Origin: an uncultured archaeon
GTDB lineage: Archaea; Thermoproteota; Nitrososphaeria; Nitrososphaerales; Nitrosopumilaceae
NCBI GenBank assembly: GCA_950073955.1
Contig: CATMRH010000001.1
Coordinates: 1 to 45,009 of the forward strand
DNA: 45,009 nucleotides
Direction of reading: 5' to 3'
Positions within the stretch are counted from its first letter, which is position 1, and each line of letters starts with the position of its first letter. Below the pieces are notes generated by a model, which was not told the DNA's origin, ran no database searches, and was given only the letters and a program-made list of their open reading frames with translations. Both the position numbers and the translations under genes were made by a program. Shown here piece by piece: positions 8,624 through 17,732 of the stretch.

Positions 8624-9324
8624 TTGATCTTCTTGATCCTACAAATGTAATTACTAGTATGTTCAATTCTGAAAAATATGATGATATGTATAATTATTGC
8701 AAAAATTTGCTTGAAAAAATTCCCAATGATATGGTTGCACTCCAGAATATTTCTCTGTCTTTGATATATTTGAAAAAATATAAGGAAGCTATTATTTATT
8801 GTGACAAAGTTCTAGAAATAAAAAATTCAGATATTTATGCACTAAAAAATAAGATCTATGCTCTAGAAAATTTGAAACAATATGAACAAGTTCTAAAACT
8901 GTGCAAACAAATTCTTTCTACAAATTCTAAAGATGTCTGGGCTCTAAACAGTATGGGACTATCTCTAAATGAACTAAATCGACATCAAGAAGCACTTGAA
9001 TATTATGAAAAATCTCTTAAAATAGATCTAGATGATGTTACTGCTTTAATGAATAAAGCTATTTCCCTTAGTCATTTAGGTAACTACAAAGATGCAATAG
9101 AATTTTATGATAAAGCTCAAACAATTGATTCAAGTCTAAAAGAAGCATCTATTGTAAAATCCCAATTATTTGAAAAATTAGGTATGAAAGATGATGCATT
9201 TTTAGCTGCGCAAGGCGTACTTAACAAAGAAATGGAAAAAATCAAGATAGATGCCAAAGAAAACAAATGCTCTGTTTTTCATCAATTTTGTGAAGATGAA
9301 TATGAAAAGTATGATTCTAAATAA
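8620..9324 (+). CDS. Tetratricopeptide repeat protein
   Basis: Several 34-aa TPR units (e.g. ALNSMGLSLNELNRHQEALEYYEKSL, ALMNKAISLSHLGNYKDAIEFYDKA). Confidence 0.9.
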   Translation: MIDLLDPTNVITSMFNSEKYDDMYNYCKNLLEKIPNDMVALQNISLSLIYLKKYKEAIIYCDKVLEIKNSDIYALKNKIYALENLKQYEQVLKLCKQILSTNSKDVWALNSMGLSLNELNRHQEALEYYEKSLKIDLDDVTALMNKAISLSHLGNYKDAIEFYDKAQTIDSSLKEASIVKSQLFEKLGMKDDAFLAAQGVLNKEMEKIKIDAKENKCSVFHQFCEDEYEKYDSK

Positions 9325-9379
9325 TTCCTTTTGATATTGATCAAAATAATTTTATACATATAATTCATATCAGTTTTTG

Positions 9380-9964
9380 ATGTTTACTGGAATCATAGAA
9401 GGAACTGGTATAGTGGAAAAGATTTCCAAAAATACAAAAAATAGAAGTGCTATCCAAATGACTGTAAATCTAGGGAAACATGCTAAGGGACTAAAAATTG
9501 GGCAAAGCGTTGCTCTTAATGGAGTTTGTCTTACTGCAACAAAACTATCAAAATCTAGTTGTATTTTTGAAATGATTGAAGAAACAACAAAAAAAACTGA
9601 TCTTGGAAACCTAAAAGTTGGTGGAATTGTAAATATTGAACGAAGTTTAAAAGTTGGTGATAGATTAGAAGGACATTTTGTTTTAGGTCATGTTGATGGT
9701 GTGGGAACTATTAAAAAAATTCTGAAAAAACCTAAAGAGGTTCAAGTTTGGTTTGAAGTTCCAAAAAAACTATCAAATTATGTAGTGAAAAAAGGTTCTA
9801 TTGCTATAGATGGAATTAGTTTTACTGTTGTCAATGTCAAAAATACTCTTGCATCAGTGTCAGTGATTCCTCACACCATTGAAGTTACAAATTTTCGCAC
9901 CAAAAAAGTGGGCGACAAAGTTAATATTGAAACTGATATTCTTGGTAAATATATTCTAAAATAA
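9380..9964 (+). CDS. ribE: Riboflavin synthase, bacterial/eukaryotic alpha type
   Basis: Diagnostic N-terminal MFTGII; SVALNGVCLT, VNIERSL, GHFVLGHVDG, KGSIAIDGISFTV, VNIETD. Confidence 0.96.
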   Translation: MFTGIIEGTGIVEKISKNTKNRSAIQMTVNLGKHAKGLKIGQSVALNGVCLTATKLSKSSCIFEMIEETTKKTDLGNLKVGGIVNIERSLKVGDRLEGHFVLGHVDGVGTIKKILKKPKEVQVWFEVPKKLSNYVVKKGSIAIDGISFTVVNVKNTLASVSVIPHTIEVTNFRTKKVGDKVNIETDILGKYILK

Positions 9965-9992
9965 AGCCAATTATCTACAATTTTAGTGGTAA

Positions 9993-10020
9993 TTACTACT
10001 TTTTTAGTAAACTTTATAAT
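9993..10020 (+). promoter_or_regulatory. Palindromic operator candidate abutting the TATA box of the ribB operon
   Basis: TTACTA-N6-TAGTAA at 9993-10010, then TTTATAAT at 10013-10020, ATG at 10043. Confidence 0.6.
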
Positions 10021-10042
10021 TAGTTTATAACAATTTTTGTAT

Positions 10043-10708
10043 ATGTCACTTGAATCTGGATTAGAATCTCTAAAACGTGGAGAATTTATTCTGTTGTTTG
10101 ATTCAGCTGGACGAGAAAATGAAATTGATATGGTTGTAGCTGCAGAGTTTGTTACACCAGAACATGTTGCAAGAATGCGTCAGCATGCTGGTGGATTGTT
10201 ATGTATTGCAATAGATCATAATTTTGCAACATCACTTGAATTAAGATACATGCATGAAATTCTTGCTGATTCTCCAATTTCAAACAAGGAGATGATTATG
10301 GGTCTAGCACCTTACGGTGATTATCCAACTTTTTCATTGTCTGTAAATCATTATCGAACTTACACTGGAATTACTGACAAAGACAGAGCATTGACAATTA
10401 ACGAAATGGCAAATATCTTTAATGTTGAAAATAAACAGAAAAAATTTGCTTCATCTTTTAAAACTCCAGGTCATGTTCCTTTATTGATAGCATCTAAAGG
10501 AATGTTAGCTGCACGTCAAGGACATACTGAAATGTCTGTTTATTTAGCTCAAATTGCAGGATTGACTCCAGTTACTGCAATTTGTGAAATGATGGATGCT
10601 GAAACATATGCTGCATTATCTGTAGATAAGGCAGAAAAATTTGCAAAGCAAAATGGATTCCCATTAATTGATGGGAAAGAACTTTTAGAATACGCCAAGG
10701 TGCATTAG
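10043..10708 (+). CDS. ribB: 3,4-dihydroxy-2-butanone 4-phosphate synthase, archaeal type
   Basis: FDSAGRENEIDM, AGGLLC, TYTGITDKDRA, FKTPGHV, RQGHTE, ICEMMD. Confidence 0.96.
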   Translation: MSLESGLESLKRGEFILLFDSAGRENEIDMVVAAEFVTPEHVARMRQHAGGLLCIAIDHNFATSLELRYMHEILADSPISNKEMIMGLAPYGDYPTFSLSVNHYRTYTGITDKDRALTINEMANIFNVENKQKKFASSFKTPGHVPLLIASKGMLAARQGHTEMSVYLAQIAGLTPVTAICEMMDAETYAALSVDKAEKFAKQNGFPLIDGKELLEYAKVH

Positions 10709-10710
10709 TT

Positions 10711-11127
10711 TTGAATATTGCTGTAGTGGTTTCGGAATTCAATAAAGAAGTGACATCTAGGATGCTTTCTGTAGCTCAAGAAAAAGCAAACTTGATGAAA
10801 TTAAAAATTATTTATACATGTAAAGTTCCTGGTGCCTTTGATATGCCTATTATTGTGGATGCATTATTGAAGAAAAAAGATGTTGATGGTATAGTCACTT
10901 TAGGCGCGATAATTAAGGGCCAAACAAAACATGATGAGGTGATCTCTCATTCTACTGCAAAATCACTTATTGATTTATCCATAAAATACCAAAAACCTGT
11001 TTCTTTCGGAATATCTGGTCCTGGAATGCAGGAAAGACATGCTTATGCTAGAATAAGACCTGTTGCTGAACGTGCAGTTGAAGCAGTTGTAAAAATCTTT
11101 GAAGAACTACAGAGGATCCAAAAATGA
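10711..11127 (+). CDS. ribH: 6,7-dimethyl-8-ribityllumazine synthase
   Basis: IAVVVSEFN, VPGAFDMP, LGAIIKGQTKH, KPVSFG. Confidence 0.96.
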   Translation: MNIAVVVSEFNKEVTSRMLSVAQEKANLMKLKIIYTCKVPGAFDMPIIVDALLKKKDVDGIVTLGAIIKGQTKHDEVISHSTAKSLIDLSIKYQKPVSFGISGPGMQERHAYARIRPVAERAVEAVVKIFEELQRIQK

Positions 11128-11876
11128 TTCAACTTAGCATCTTGAAAATTAGTGCATATGGTCCTTGGACATTGACACTAGGAAGTGATAGAGAACATGA
11201 ACTACAAATGCTTCAAGCATCACTTTACAAAGAAGTACAGAAACTATTTTCTGAAAAAAATTGTCTGGTTTTTCCTAATAGAGCCGATGAATTTTTTGTA
11301 GTTTCAAACGGACTTGAGTTATATGATCATATTCAAATCCAAAAAGCACTAGAAAAATTATTTGATATACGTTTAACCATTTCAATTGGTTATGGTGAAT
11401 CTCCATTTGAAGCAAACTTAAAGGCATATGAAGGAAAGAAAAATGAAACCATATTAAACAAAGAACATAATATTTTTGGTTTTGTTAATGGTAAATCTGA
11501 CTCAAAAGTTTCAATTATGCATTTAGATGTAGATGATCTTACTTCAAGAAGACAAATTAATTCCCCTTATGAAATTTCATCAATAATTTTTGAACTATAT
11601 TCAAAGATGTCAAAATTTTTTCTGGAAAAAAACTCTCTTACTTTTTTTATGGGTGGTGATAACTTTATGGTAATTGCAAGTGATGATGCAAAAAATTCTG
11701 TACAGAATTTCATTGACATGATTAAAAGTGATGACAAAATTTCTTTGAATTGTGGAATTGGTAATGGATACACTTCTAGAGAAGCAGTAAAACTAGCCAC
11801 ACAATCTCTTGATACTATACGAAAAATTCGAGATTCAGGTAAAGAAAAACCTGAAGTTTATGAATTGTCATGTTAA
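11124..11876 (+). CDS. gch3: GTP cyclohydrolase III (archaeal ArfA type)
   Basis: YGPWTLTLGSDREHELQMLQASLY, NRADE, HLDVDD, FFMGGDNF. Confidence 0.93.
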   Translation: MIQLSILKISAYGPWTLTLGSDREHELQMLQASLYKEVQKLFSEKNCLVFPNRADEFFVVSNGLELYDHIQIQKALEKLFDIRLTISIGYGESPFEANLKAYEGKKNETILNKEHNIFGFVNGKSDSKVSIMHLDVDDLTSRRQINSPYEISSIIFELYSKMSKFFLEKNSLTFFMGGDNFMVIASDDAKNSVQNFIDMIKSDDKISLNCGIGNGYTSREAVKLATQSLDTIRKIRDSGKEKPEVYELSC

Positions 11877-13060
11877 TTAAAAATCTAAGTATTTTATCAG
11901 GTCAAGAATTAGATTTTGTTTCAAATACTGATATCAAAATTCAGAATAAAATATTTAAAAAAATTCAACCAAAAATTAGACCAAGTGTTAAAGAAGAATC
12001 TATAGATTGTGAAGGTCTTCTATTGATTCCTGGATTTATCAATGCTCATACACACATAGGTGATTCTATTGGAAAAGATGTTACACTAAATAGTTCTGTT
12101 GATAAGAGAATTCATCCTGTATTTGGAGCTAAATCTAAAATTCTAAAAAATACTTCACCAGAAAATCTAGCTAATTTTATGAAAAACACATGTCATTCAA
12201 TGTTAAGAAAAGGAATCACAACATTTGTTGATTTTAGAGAAGGTGGATTAGATGGTGTTGCTTTACTCAAAAAAGTATTATCTGATGTTCCTTTACGTTC
12301 AATTATTCTAGGTAGAGTGGAATTTTATCAAGGATCCACAGAAATCAGAAAAAATATGCCTTTTCCTAGAGAAAAAATTGAAGATCTTACTGAGCTCCTC
12401 AAAAAATGTGATGGAATTGGTGTAAGTGGTGCCAATGAAAATAGTACATCAGTGCTAAGTTATTATTCAAAAACAACAAAACTTAGAGCTATACATTCTT
12501 CTGAAACGAAACAAAGTGTTTCTACATCAAAAAAAATTACCGGAAAATCTGAAACAGTTCGGGCTTTATCTCTAAAACCTCATTTTTTGGTTCATATGAC
12601 TTTTGCTTCAAAAGGTGATCTTAGTGCTGTGGCAAAGAAAACTAGAGGAATTGTAATCTGCCCAAGGGCTAACTCATCTCTAGCTGAGGGAATTCCAGAC
12701 ATAGAATTGATGCAAAAGGCAGGATGTACATTAGCTTTAGGTACAGATAATGTAATGATAAATTCTCCTGATATGTTTAGAGAAATGGATTTTCTTTGGA
12801 AAGTAACTATGGGGATTCACAAAAAAAGAATTGATCCAAAAGAAATTCTTAAAATGGCTACAGTTAATGGAGGAAAAATTTTGAAAAAAGATATTGGAGT
12901 AATTGAAATTGGAAAAATTGCTGATTGTATTTTTCTTGACAAGCATGCATTAGATTTAGAACCAATGCACAATCCACATGCATCAATTGTTCATAGAGCA
13001 TCAGAATCTGCCATTAAAGCAGTAATGATTGGAGGTAAAATCGTATATGGAAAAATCTAA
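11870..13060 (+). CDS. Metal-dependent amidohydrolase/deaminase (chlorohydrolase-like) inside the riboflavin operon
   Basis: PGFINAHTHIGDS, DFREGG, IHSSE, LVHMT, CPRAN, LGTDNVM, ATVNG. Confidence 0.9.
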   Translation: MLIKNLSILSGQELDFVSNTDIKIQNKIFKKIQPKIRPSVKEESIDCEGLLLIPGFINAHTHIGDSIGKDVTLNSSVDKRIHPVFGAKSKILKNTSPENLANFMKNTCHSMLRKGITTFVDFREGGLDGVALLKKVLSDVPLRSIILGRVEFYQGSTEIRKNMPFPREKIEDLTELLKKCDGIGVSGANENSTSVLSYYSKTTKLRAIHSSETKQSVSTSKKITGKSETVRALSLKPHFLVHMTFASKGDLSAVAKKTRGIVICPRANSSLAEGIPDIELMQKAGCTLALGTDNVMINSPDMFREMDFLWKVTMGIHKKRIDPKEILKMATVNGGKILKKDIGVIEIGKIADCIFLDKHALDLEPMHNPHASIVHRASESAIKAVMIGGKIVYGKI

Positions 13061-13703
13061 ACCTTATGTAATTCTAAGTGCAGCAACATCAGTTGATGGA
13101 AAGATTGCTACTAGAGCAGGTGATTCAAATCTATCTTCAAAACAAGATAAAGTGAGACTTCATAAACTAAGATCTAAAGTTGATGCAATTCTTGTTGGAA
13201 AAAATACAGTTTTACTTGATAATCCTTTGTTAACTGTACGATACGCTAGAGGAAAAAATCCAATCAGAATAATTTTAGATTCTAAAGGTACTATATCTAA
13301 AAAATCAAAAATTTTACAAACAAGTGATAAAATTCCAACGATCATAGCTGTATCAAAAAAAATCAGTAAATCAAATTTTGATAAACTATGCAAATTTCCT
13401 GTGGACATAATTGTTGCTGGTAAAAATTCTGTGAATATTAAATTATTAATGAAAAAACTTTCCGACAAAAAAATTAATACAATACTTGTTGAAGGTGGCG
13501 GAACTGTTAATTGGGAATTTATTAAACATAATCTTTTTGATGAATTGATCATTACTTTATCTCCATTTTTAATTGGAGGAAATGATGCAATTTCTTTTGT
13601 TCAGGGAAAGGGTTTTGAAAAAATTTCAAACTCACCTAATCTCCGCCTTAAGTCAATCAAGAGGCTCAAAAATCATGTTGTTTTGTATTATGTTAAGGTG
13701 TAA
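13047..13703 (+). CDS. arfC: 2,5-diamino-6-(ribosylamino)-4(3H)-pyrimidinone 5'-phosphate reductase (archaeal, stand-alone)
   Basis: KPYVILSAATSVDGKIAT, LRSKVDAILVG, DNPLLTVR, LVEGGG. ATG 13047 preceded by GGAGGT. Confidence 0.93.
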   Translation: MEKSKPYVILSAATSVDGKIATRAGDSNLSSKQDKVRLHKLRSKVDAILVGKNTVLLDNPLLTVRYARGKNPIRIILDSKGTISKKSKILQTSDKIPTIIAVSKKISKSNFDKLCKFPVDIIVAGKNSVNIKLLMKKLSDKKINTILVEGGGTVNWEFIKHNLFDELIITLSPFLIGGNDAISFVQGKGFEKISNSPNLRLKSIKRLKNHVVLYYVKV

Positions 13704-13738
13704 GTTATATACCTAATTTAAAATAAAATTACAAGAAA

Positions 13739-13957
13739 TTGGCAGTAAAAAAGAAAGCTACAGCAAAAAGAAAAACTACAAAAAAGAAGGTTACTAAATC
13801 AAAAACAAAAAAACTACCATTTGGTGGATATGCAATCAATTTTGCAGGTCGTAAAGAAACTGTAGAACAAGTCTTTGGAAATAAACCAATTGCACCAAGT
13901 GAAATGACCAAAAGAATTTGGAAATTTGTAAAATCTAAAAAACTTGCTAATCGTTAA
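13739..13957 (+). CDS. Small basic protein: Lys-rich N-terminal tail plus truncated SWIB-like segment
   Basis: TTG start; KKKATAKRKTTKKKVTKSKTKK followed by VFGNKPIAPSEMTKRIWKFVKSKKL, resembling the first half of SWIB/MDM2 domains. Confidence 0.75.
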   Translation: MAVKKKATAKRKTTKKKVTKSKTKKLPFGGYAINFAGRKETVEQVFGNKPIAPSEMTKRIWKFVKSKKLANR

Positions 13958-14045
13958 ACCCATTGGTTTACGAAGAATCGTAACTACTTTCACTTTTTAA
14001 TTATTTTTCTTAAAACAAATTAGGCAATTCTTACTTATGAAAAAT

Positions 14046-15437
14046 CTATTCTACGTAGTGATGATATGTAAGATTATCATAAAATCTGACTGATTTTATG
14101 TTTACAAATTCTAACATTCCATATCTTGATAATTCTCTTCCAAATCCACTATGTTTTATTCCTCCAAATGGAATTCTTGGATCCGAAATTACTACATTGT
14201 TGACACTGACAATTCCTGATTCAATTCGTCTAGACATTTTGTCTGCTTTTGCAAGATCTTTTGTCCAAATACTTGCACCTAAACCAAATTCAACATTATT
14301 GGCTAATTTTATTGCCTCACTTTCATTCTCTACGATTGTAATTGGAGCTACTGGCCCAAATGTTTCTTCTTGTGCAATTCTCATATCTGGTTTAATATTT
14401 GTAAGAATTGTTGGTTGGTAGAAGAATCCTTTACCATCAATCTTAGAACCTCCCAAAAGGATTTCAGCTCCTTTTTCTTTTGCATCTTCTACAATTCCTG
14501 AAATTGTTTCTAAACCCTCTTTACTTGAAAGTGGTCCAATATCTGTTTCCATAGATGTTGGATCTCCAATTTTGAGTTGAGACGCTTTTTTAATAAATAA
14601 TTCAATGAATTCTTTTGCAACATTTTTTCCAACAAAGAATCTCTTTGAAGCTACACAACTTTGACCACAATTGATGAATCTACCCTTTACTGCTCCTTCT
14701 GCAGCTTTTTCAATAATTGCGTCATCTAATACTATGAAAGGATCACTTCCACCTAATTCTAAAACACATTTTTTCAAATGCATTGCAGCTCTTTCACCTA
14801 CTTTTGCTCCTGCATTTGTACTTCCAGTAAAGGTTACAGCACTGATATCAGAGTCAATTAGGTGGTTTGCAACATCTACGCTTCCTATTACTGTCTGAAA
14901 AATTCCATCTGGCACACCTGATTCAGTAAATGCTTTTTCAATTTCAATTCCTGATTGTAGTGTAATGCTGGATGGTTTCATCACAATTACATTTCCTCCC
15001 ATTAAACATGGAGCTGCGAATCTTAATGCCTGCCAATAAGGAAAATTCCAAGGCATGATAGAACCAATTACCCCTAATGGTTCAAAAGTTAGGAAACTCT
15101 TTCTTGCGTCTGTGTTTAATACTTCATCAGAAAGAAAACTGTCACCATGATCAGCATAAAATTCTAATGCCCAAGAACATTTTTCAACTTCTCCAATTGA
15201 TTCTTTGAGGGGTTTACCCATTTCAGTTGTTGCAACTTTTGCAAGTTTTGTTTTATTTTTCTTTAGGTATTCTACTAAATTGTAAATGTAACTTCTACGT
15301 TTCTCGTAATCTTTTTTCCATTCTGGAAATGCTCTTTTTGCTTTTCCCACTAAGTCAAACACTTGATTTTTGTCCATTGAAGAGAATGTTGCAATTTCTT
15401 CACCAGTAGCTGGATTTACTGTAGTGATTTGAGTCAA
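14046..15437 (-). CDS. NAD(P)-dependent aldehyde dehydrogenase, succinate-semialdehyde dehydrogenase (Sad/GabD1) family
   Basis: IMPWNFPYWQ, FTGSTNAG, LELGGSDP, GQSCVASKRF, EETFGP, PFGGIKHSGFGRE. Confidence 0.93.
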   Translation of the reverse strand: MTQITTVNPATGEEIATFSSMDKNQVFDLVGKAKRAFPEWKKDYEKRRSYIYNLVEYLKKNKTKLAKVATTEMGKPLKESIGEVEKCSWALEFYADHGDSFLSDEVLNTDARKSFLTFEPLGVIGSIMPWNFPYWQALRFAAPCLMGGNVIVMKPSSITLQSGIEIEKAFTESGVPDGIFQTVIGSVDVANHLIDSDISAVTFTGSTNAGAKVGERAAMHLKKCVLELGGSDPFIVLDDAIIEKAAEGAVKGRFINCGQSCVASKRFFVGKNVAKEFIELFIKKASQLKIGDPTSMETDIGPLSSKEGLETISGIVEDAKEKGAEILLGGSKIDGKGFFYQPTILTNIKPDMRIAQEETFGPVAPITIVENESEAIKLANNVEFGLGASIWTKDLAKADKMSRRIESGIVSVNNVVISDPRIPFGGIKHSGFGRELSRYGMLEFVNIKSVRFYDNLTYHHYVE

Positions 15438-15489
15438 GGATATTTCACCAATTTCTCCTAATTTAATCTAGTCTTATTTCCAGATCTAA

Positions 15490-16005
15490 TTAGAATATTT
15501 GTTGCATATCCTTTTTCAATTCATCAATTTTCCTTGAATATGCTTTTTTGGATTTATCATTCTTTTTTAGATTTAGAACACTTCCACATGTTGGGCATTT
15601 GAACATATCATCAAGTGCTGTTTCAAAGGTCACTCTTGGACAATCTTCATTACCACAATGATAAAAGTCAGAAGCATTTTCATAATCTAATCTTTGTTGC
15701 AATCTTTCTGTAATTTTCTTTTTTTGATTTTCAATAAAATGTTCAACTTCTTCCCTTCTAGTTCTCCATCTATAGACAAACCAACCTTTTCTTTCGTCTT
15801 TTACTCTGATTCCAGTTATGAGAGACTTTCCAAATAGATCATACAAAACTTTTCTTACCATGTTGATTCTGAGACCTGTAGAACTTGCAATTTCTTCATC
15901 GGTTGCATCTTCAGCTTTAAGCAGAGATCTAGCAACTTTGAGATATTCATCTCCTCCAATCATGGAAGCAATTCTAACAAAAGGATCCTCGTATTTGTCT
16001 ATCAA
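15490..16005 (-). CDS. tfe: Transcription factor E alpha subunit
   Basis: TDEEIA...INMVRKVLYDL winged helix, GWFVYRW, CGNEDC...FKCPTCG zinc ribbon. Confidence 0.95.
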   Translation of the reverse strand: MIDKYEDPFVRIASMIGGDEYLKVARSLLKAEDATDEEIASSTGLRINMVRKVLYDLFGKSLITGIRVKDERKGWFVYRWRTRREEVEHFIENQKKKITERLQQRLDYENASDFYHCGNEDCPRVTFETALDDMFKCPTCGSVLNLKKNDKSKKAYSRKIDELKKDMQQIF

Positions 16006-16031
16006 CTCTAATCACTCCAAATTTTCTACTA

Positions 16032-16565
16032 TTAATTCCTTGTTTCGTTTACTTGCACATTTTTGCCCTTTTTTGTGGGTATTATTTTCCTAATTGCATC
16101 TGGAAACGCCTTCTCAAATTGTTTACCTTTTTGGATACGATCTAAAAGTATTGCTAATGCACTAATCTCTGAGTGTGGTTGACTTCCAACCCCTACATTA
16201 TAGTCTGCTAATTCATAAATTTCCCTTGGTACTTTTTCAGCACCTACAACAACTAACAGATTTTCTTCTTTACGAAGTTTCTCCTGTACATCATTAATGC
16301 TTTCTCCATACATTGTAAGATGTATAACTCGAAAGTTTTCATCCTTTTTCTTTTTTACAATAGATTTCCATTTATCAATAAATTCAACCACAAAATTTCC
16401 TCCCCAAGTTTTATTGATCTTTTCTAGAGATTCTTTGATTTCAGGATTGACTTCAGTCATGAAAATCCTCTTTGCCCCAAATGCCCTTGAAACTAGTGCA
16501 ACATGTGTTGTAACTCTATCATCTCTTACAAGACGTTGTCCTATTCTAACTACCTCAATTACCAA
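16032..16565 (-). CDS. trm56: tRNA (cytidine56-2'-O)-methyltransferase
   Basis: [45 protein letters not shown]. Start moved to TTG 16565, downstream of GGAG. Confidence 0.95.
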   Translation of the reverse strand: MVIEVVRIGQRLVRDDRVTTHVALVSRAFGAKRIFMTEVNPEIKESLEKINKTWGGNFVVEFIDKWKSIVKKKKDENFRVIHLTMYGESINDVQEKLRKEENLLVVVGAEKVPREIYELADYNVGVGSQPHSEISALAILLDRIQKGKQFEKAFPDAIRKIIPTKKGKNVQVNETRN

Positions 16566-17676
16566 ATGCTTTTTCAACTCCTTCCAAAACATTTCTTTCA
16601 AATTTAGGTGATTTTTGACTATTCATAATATCTCCAATTAATTCTTTAAGTTGATTAACATTTTTTCCTGTTTTTGCAGAAAGTGAAATACATTTTTTAT
16701 TTTCAGTTAAGTTAAGTATGTCGATTTTCTGCTCAATCTCTTCATTTTTTAACAAATCTATTTTATTTAATGCATAGATCATCCTATCTTTTTCAACTCC
16801 TAACTCACTTAACGTTCTCATACAACTAGCAAATTTCTTTTTTAACTCAATTAATGAATCAGCAATATCAATTACAACAATTATGATATCTGTATGTTTC
16901 AATTCTTCTAATGTTGATTTGAATGCATCTATCATATATGCCGGCAATTTACTGATAAAACCAACTGTATCTGAGATTAAGAACGGTTCTTGATTAATTG
17001 TTACCCTTCGTATAGTTGTAGAAAGTGTTGTAAACAGTTCTTTACTCTCAGCTTTTGTTTCTCCTGTCATTTTGTTAAACAATGTTGTTTTTCCTGAAGA
17101 AGTATAACCTGCTAGTGAGATTATCTTGAATCCCATTCTCTTTCTTCCCTGTCTATGAAGCTCTCTTTGTTTACCCGCCTTTTCCAGTTTAGATCTTACT
17201 GTCTGCATTCTATGTTTGATATCATTGTAGTAAACATCAACCTCAAATTTTCCTATTCCCATAAATCCTGGTTGTTCTCCCATGTTTGAAAGACGAACTT
17301 TTTCTTTCGCTCTAGACATCTCATATCTTAATTGAGCTAATTTTACTTGTAATTTTGACTCTGCATTTGATGCTCTACTTTCAAAAATTTCAAGAATTAA
17401 TCCTTCTCTATCTAAAACTTCTCTATGTAAAACTGATGCAATATTATAGTTTTGACTTGGTTTTAAAATTTCATCAAATACAATTACATCTGGTCTAAGT
17501 TTTTCCGATAATTCTTCTAGTTTTTCTAAAACTCCGCCACTCATTCCATATTTCCGTTTTTGTAGAAATTTTGCAGTTATTGTATGAACTACTTGGTATC
17601 CTGCGGCATCACACAATCCTTTGGCTTCATTAATTGCGTCTTCCTTATCATATGTGATTAAAATTGCCGAATTCAT
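16555..17676 (-). CDS. hflX: GTPase HflX
   Basis: [58 protein letters not shown]. Confidence 0.96.
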   Translation of the reverse strand: MNSAILITYDKEDAINEAKGLCDAAGYQVVHTITAKFLQKRKYGMSGGVLEKLEELSEKLRPDVIVFDEILKPSQNYNIASVLHREVLDREGLILEIFESRASNAESKLQVKLAQLRYEMSRAKEKVRLSNMGEQPGFMGIGKFEVDVYYNDIKHRMQTVRSKLEKAGKQRELHRQGRKRMGFKIISLAGYTSSGKTTLFNKMTGETKAESKELFTTLSTTIRRVTINQEPFLISDTVGFISKLPAYMIDAFKSTLEELKHTDIIIVVIDIADSLIELKKKFASCMRTLSELGVEKDRMIYALNKIDLLKNEEIEQKIDILNLTENKKCISLSAKTGKNVNQLKELIGDIMNSQKSPKFERNVLEGVEKAFGN

Positions 17677-17732
17677 TTTAATTCAATATTTTCAGTATTA
17701 TTCAAGTTAAAGATTCTACCTGTTTTGATAAA

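Noticed and set aside
14046-15437. Calling the aldehyde dehydrogenase a CoA-acylating succinyl- or malonyl-CoA reductase
   Set aside because: It keeps the general-base Glu (LELGG) of non-acylating enzymes; sequence alone does not support the stronger call.
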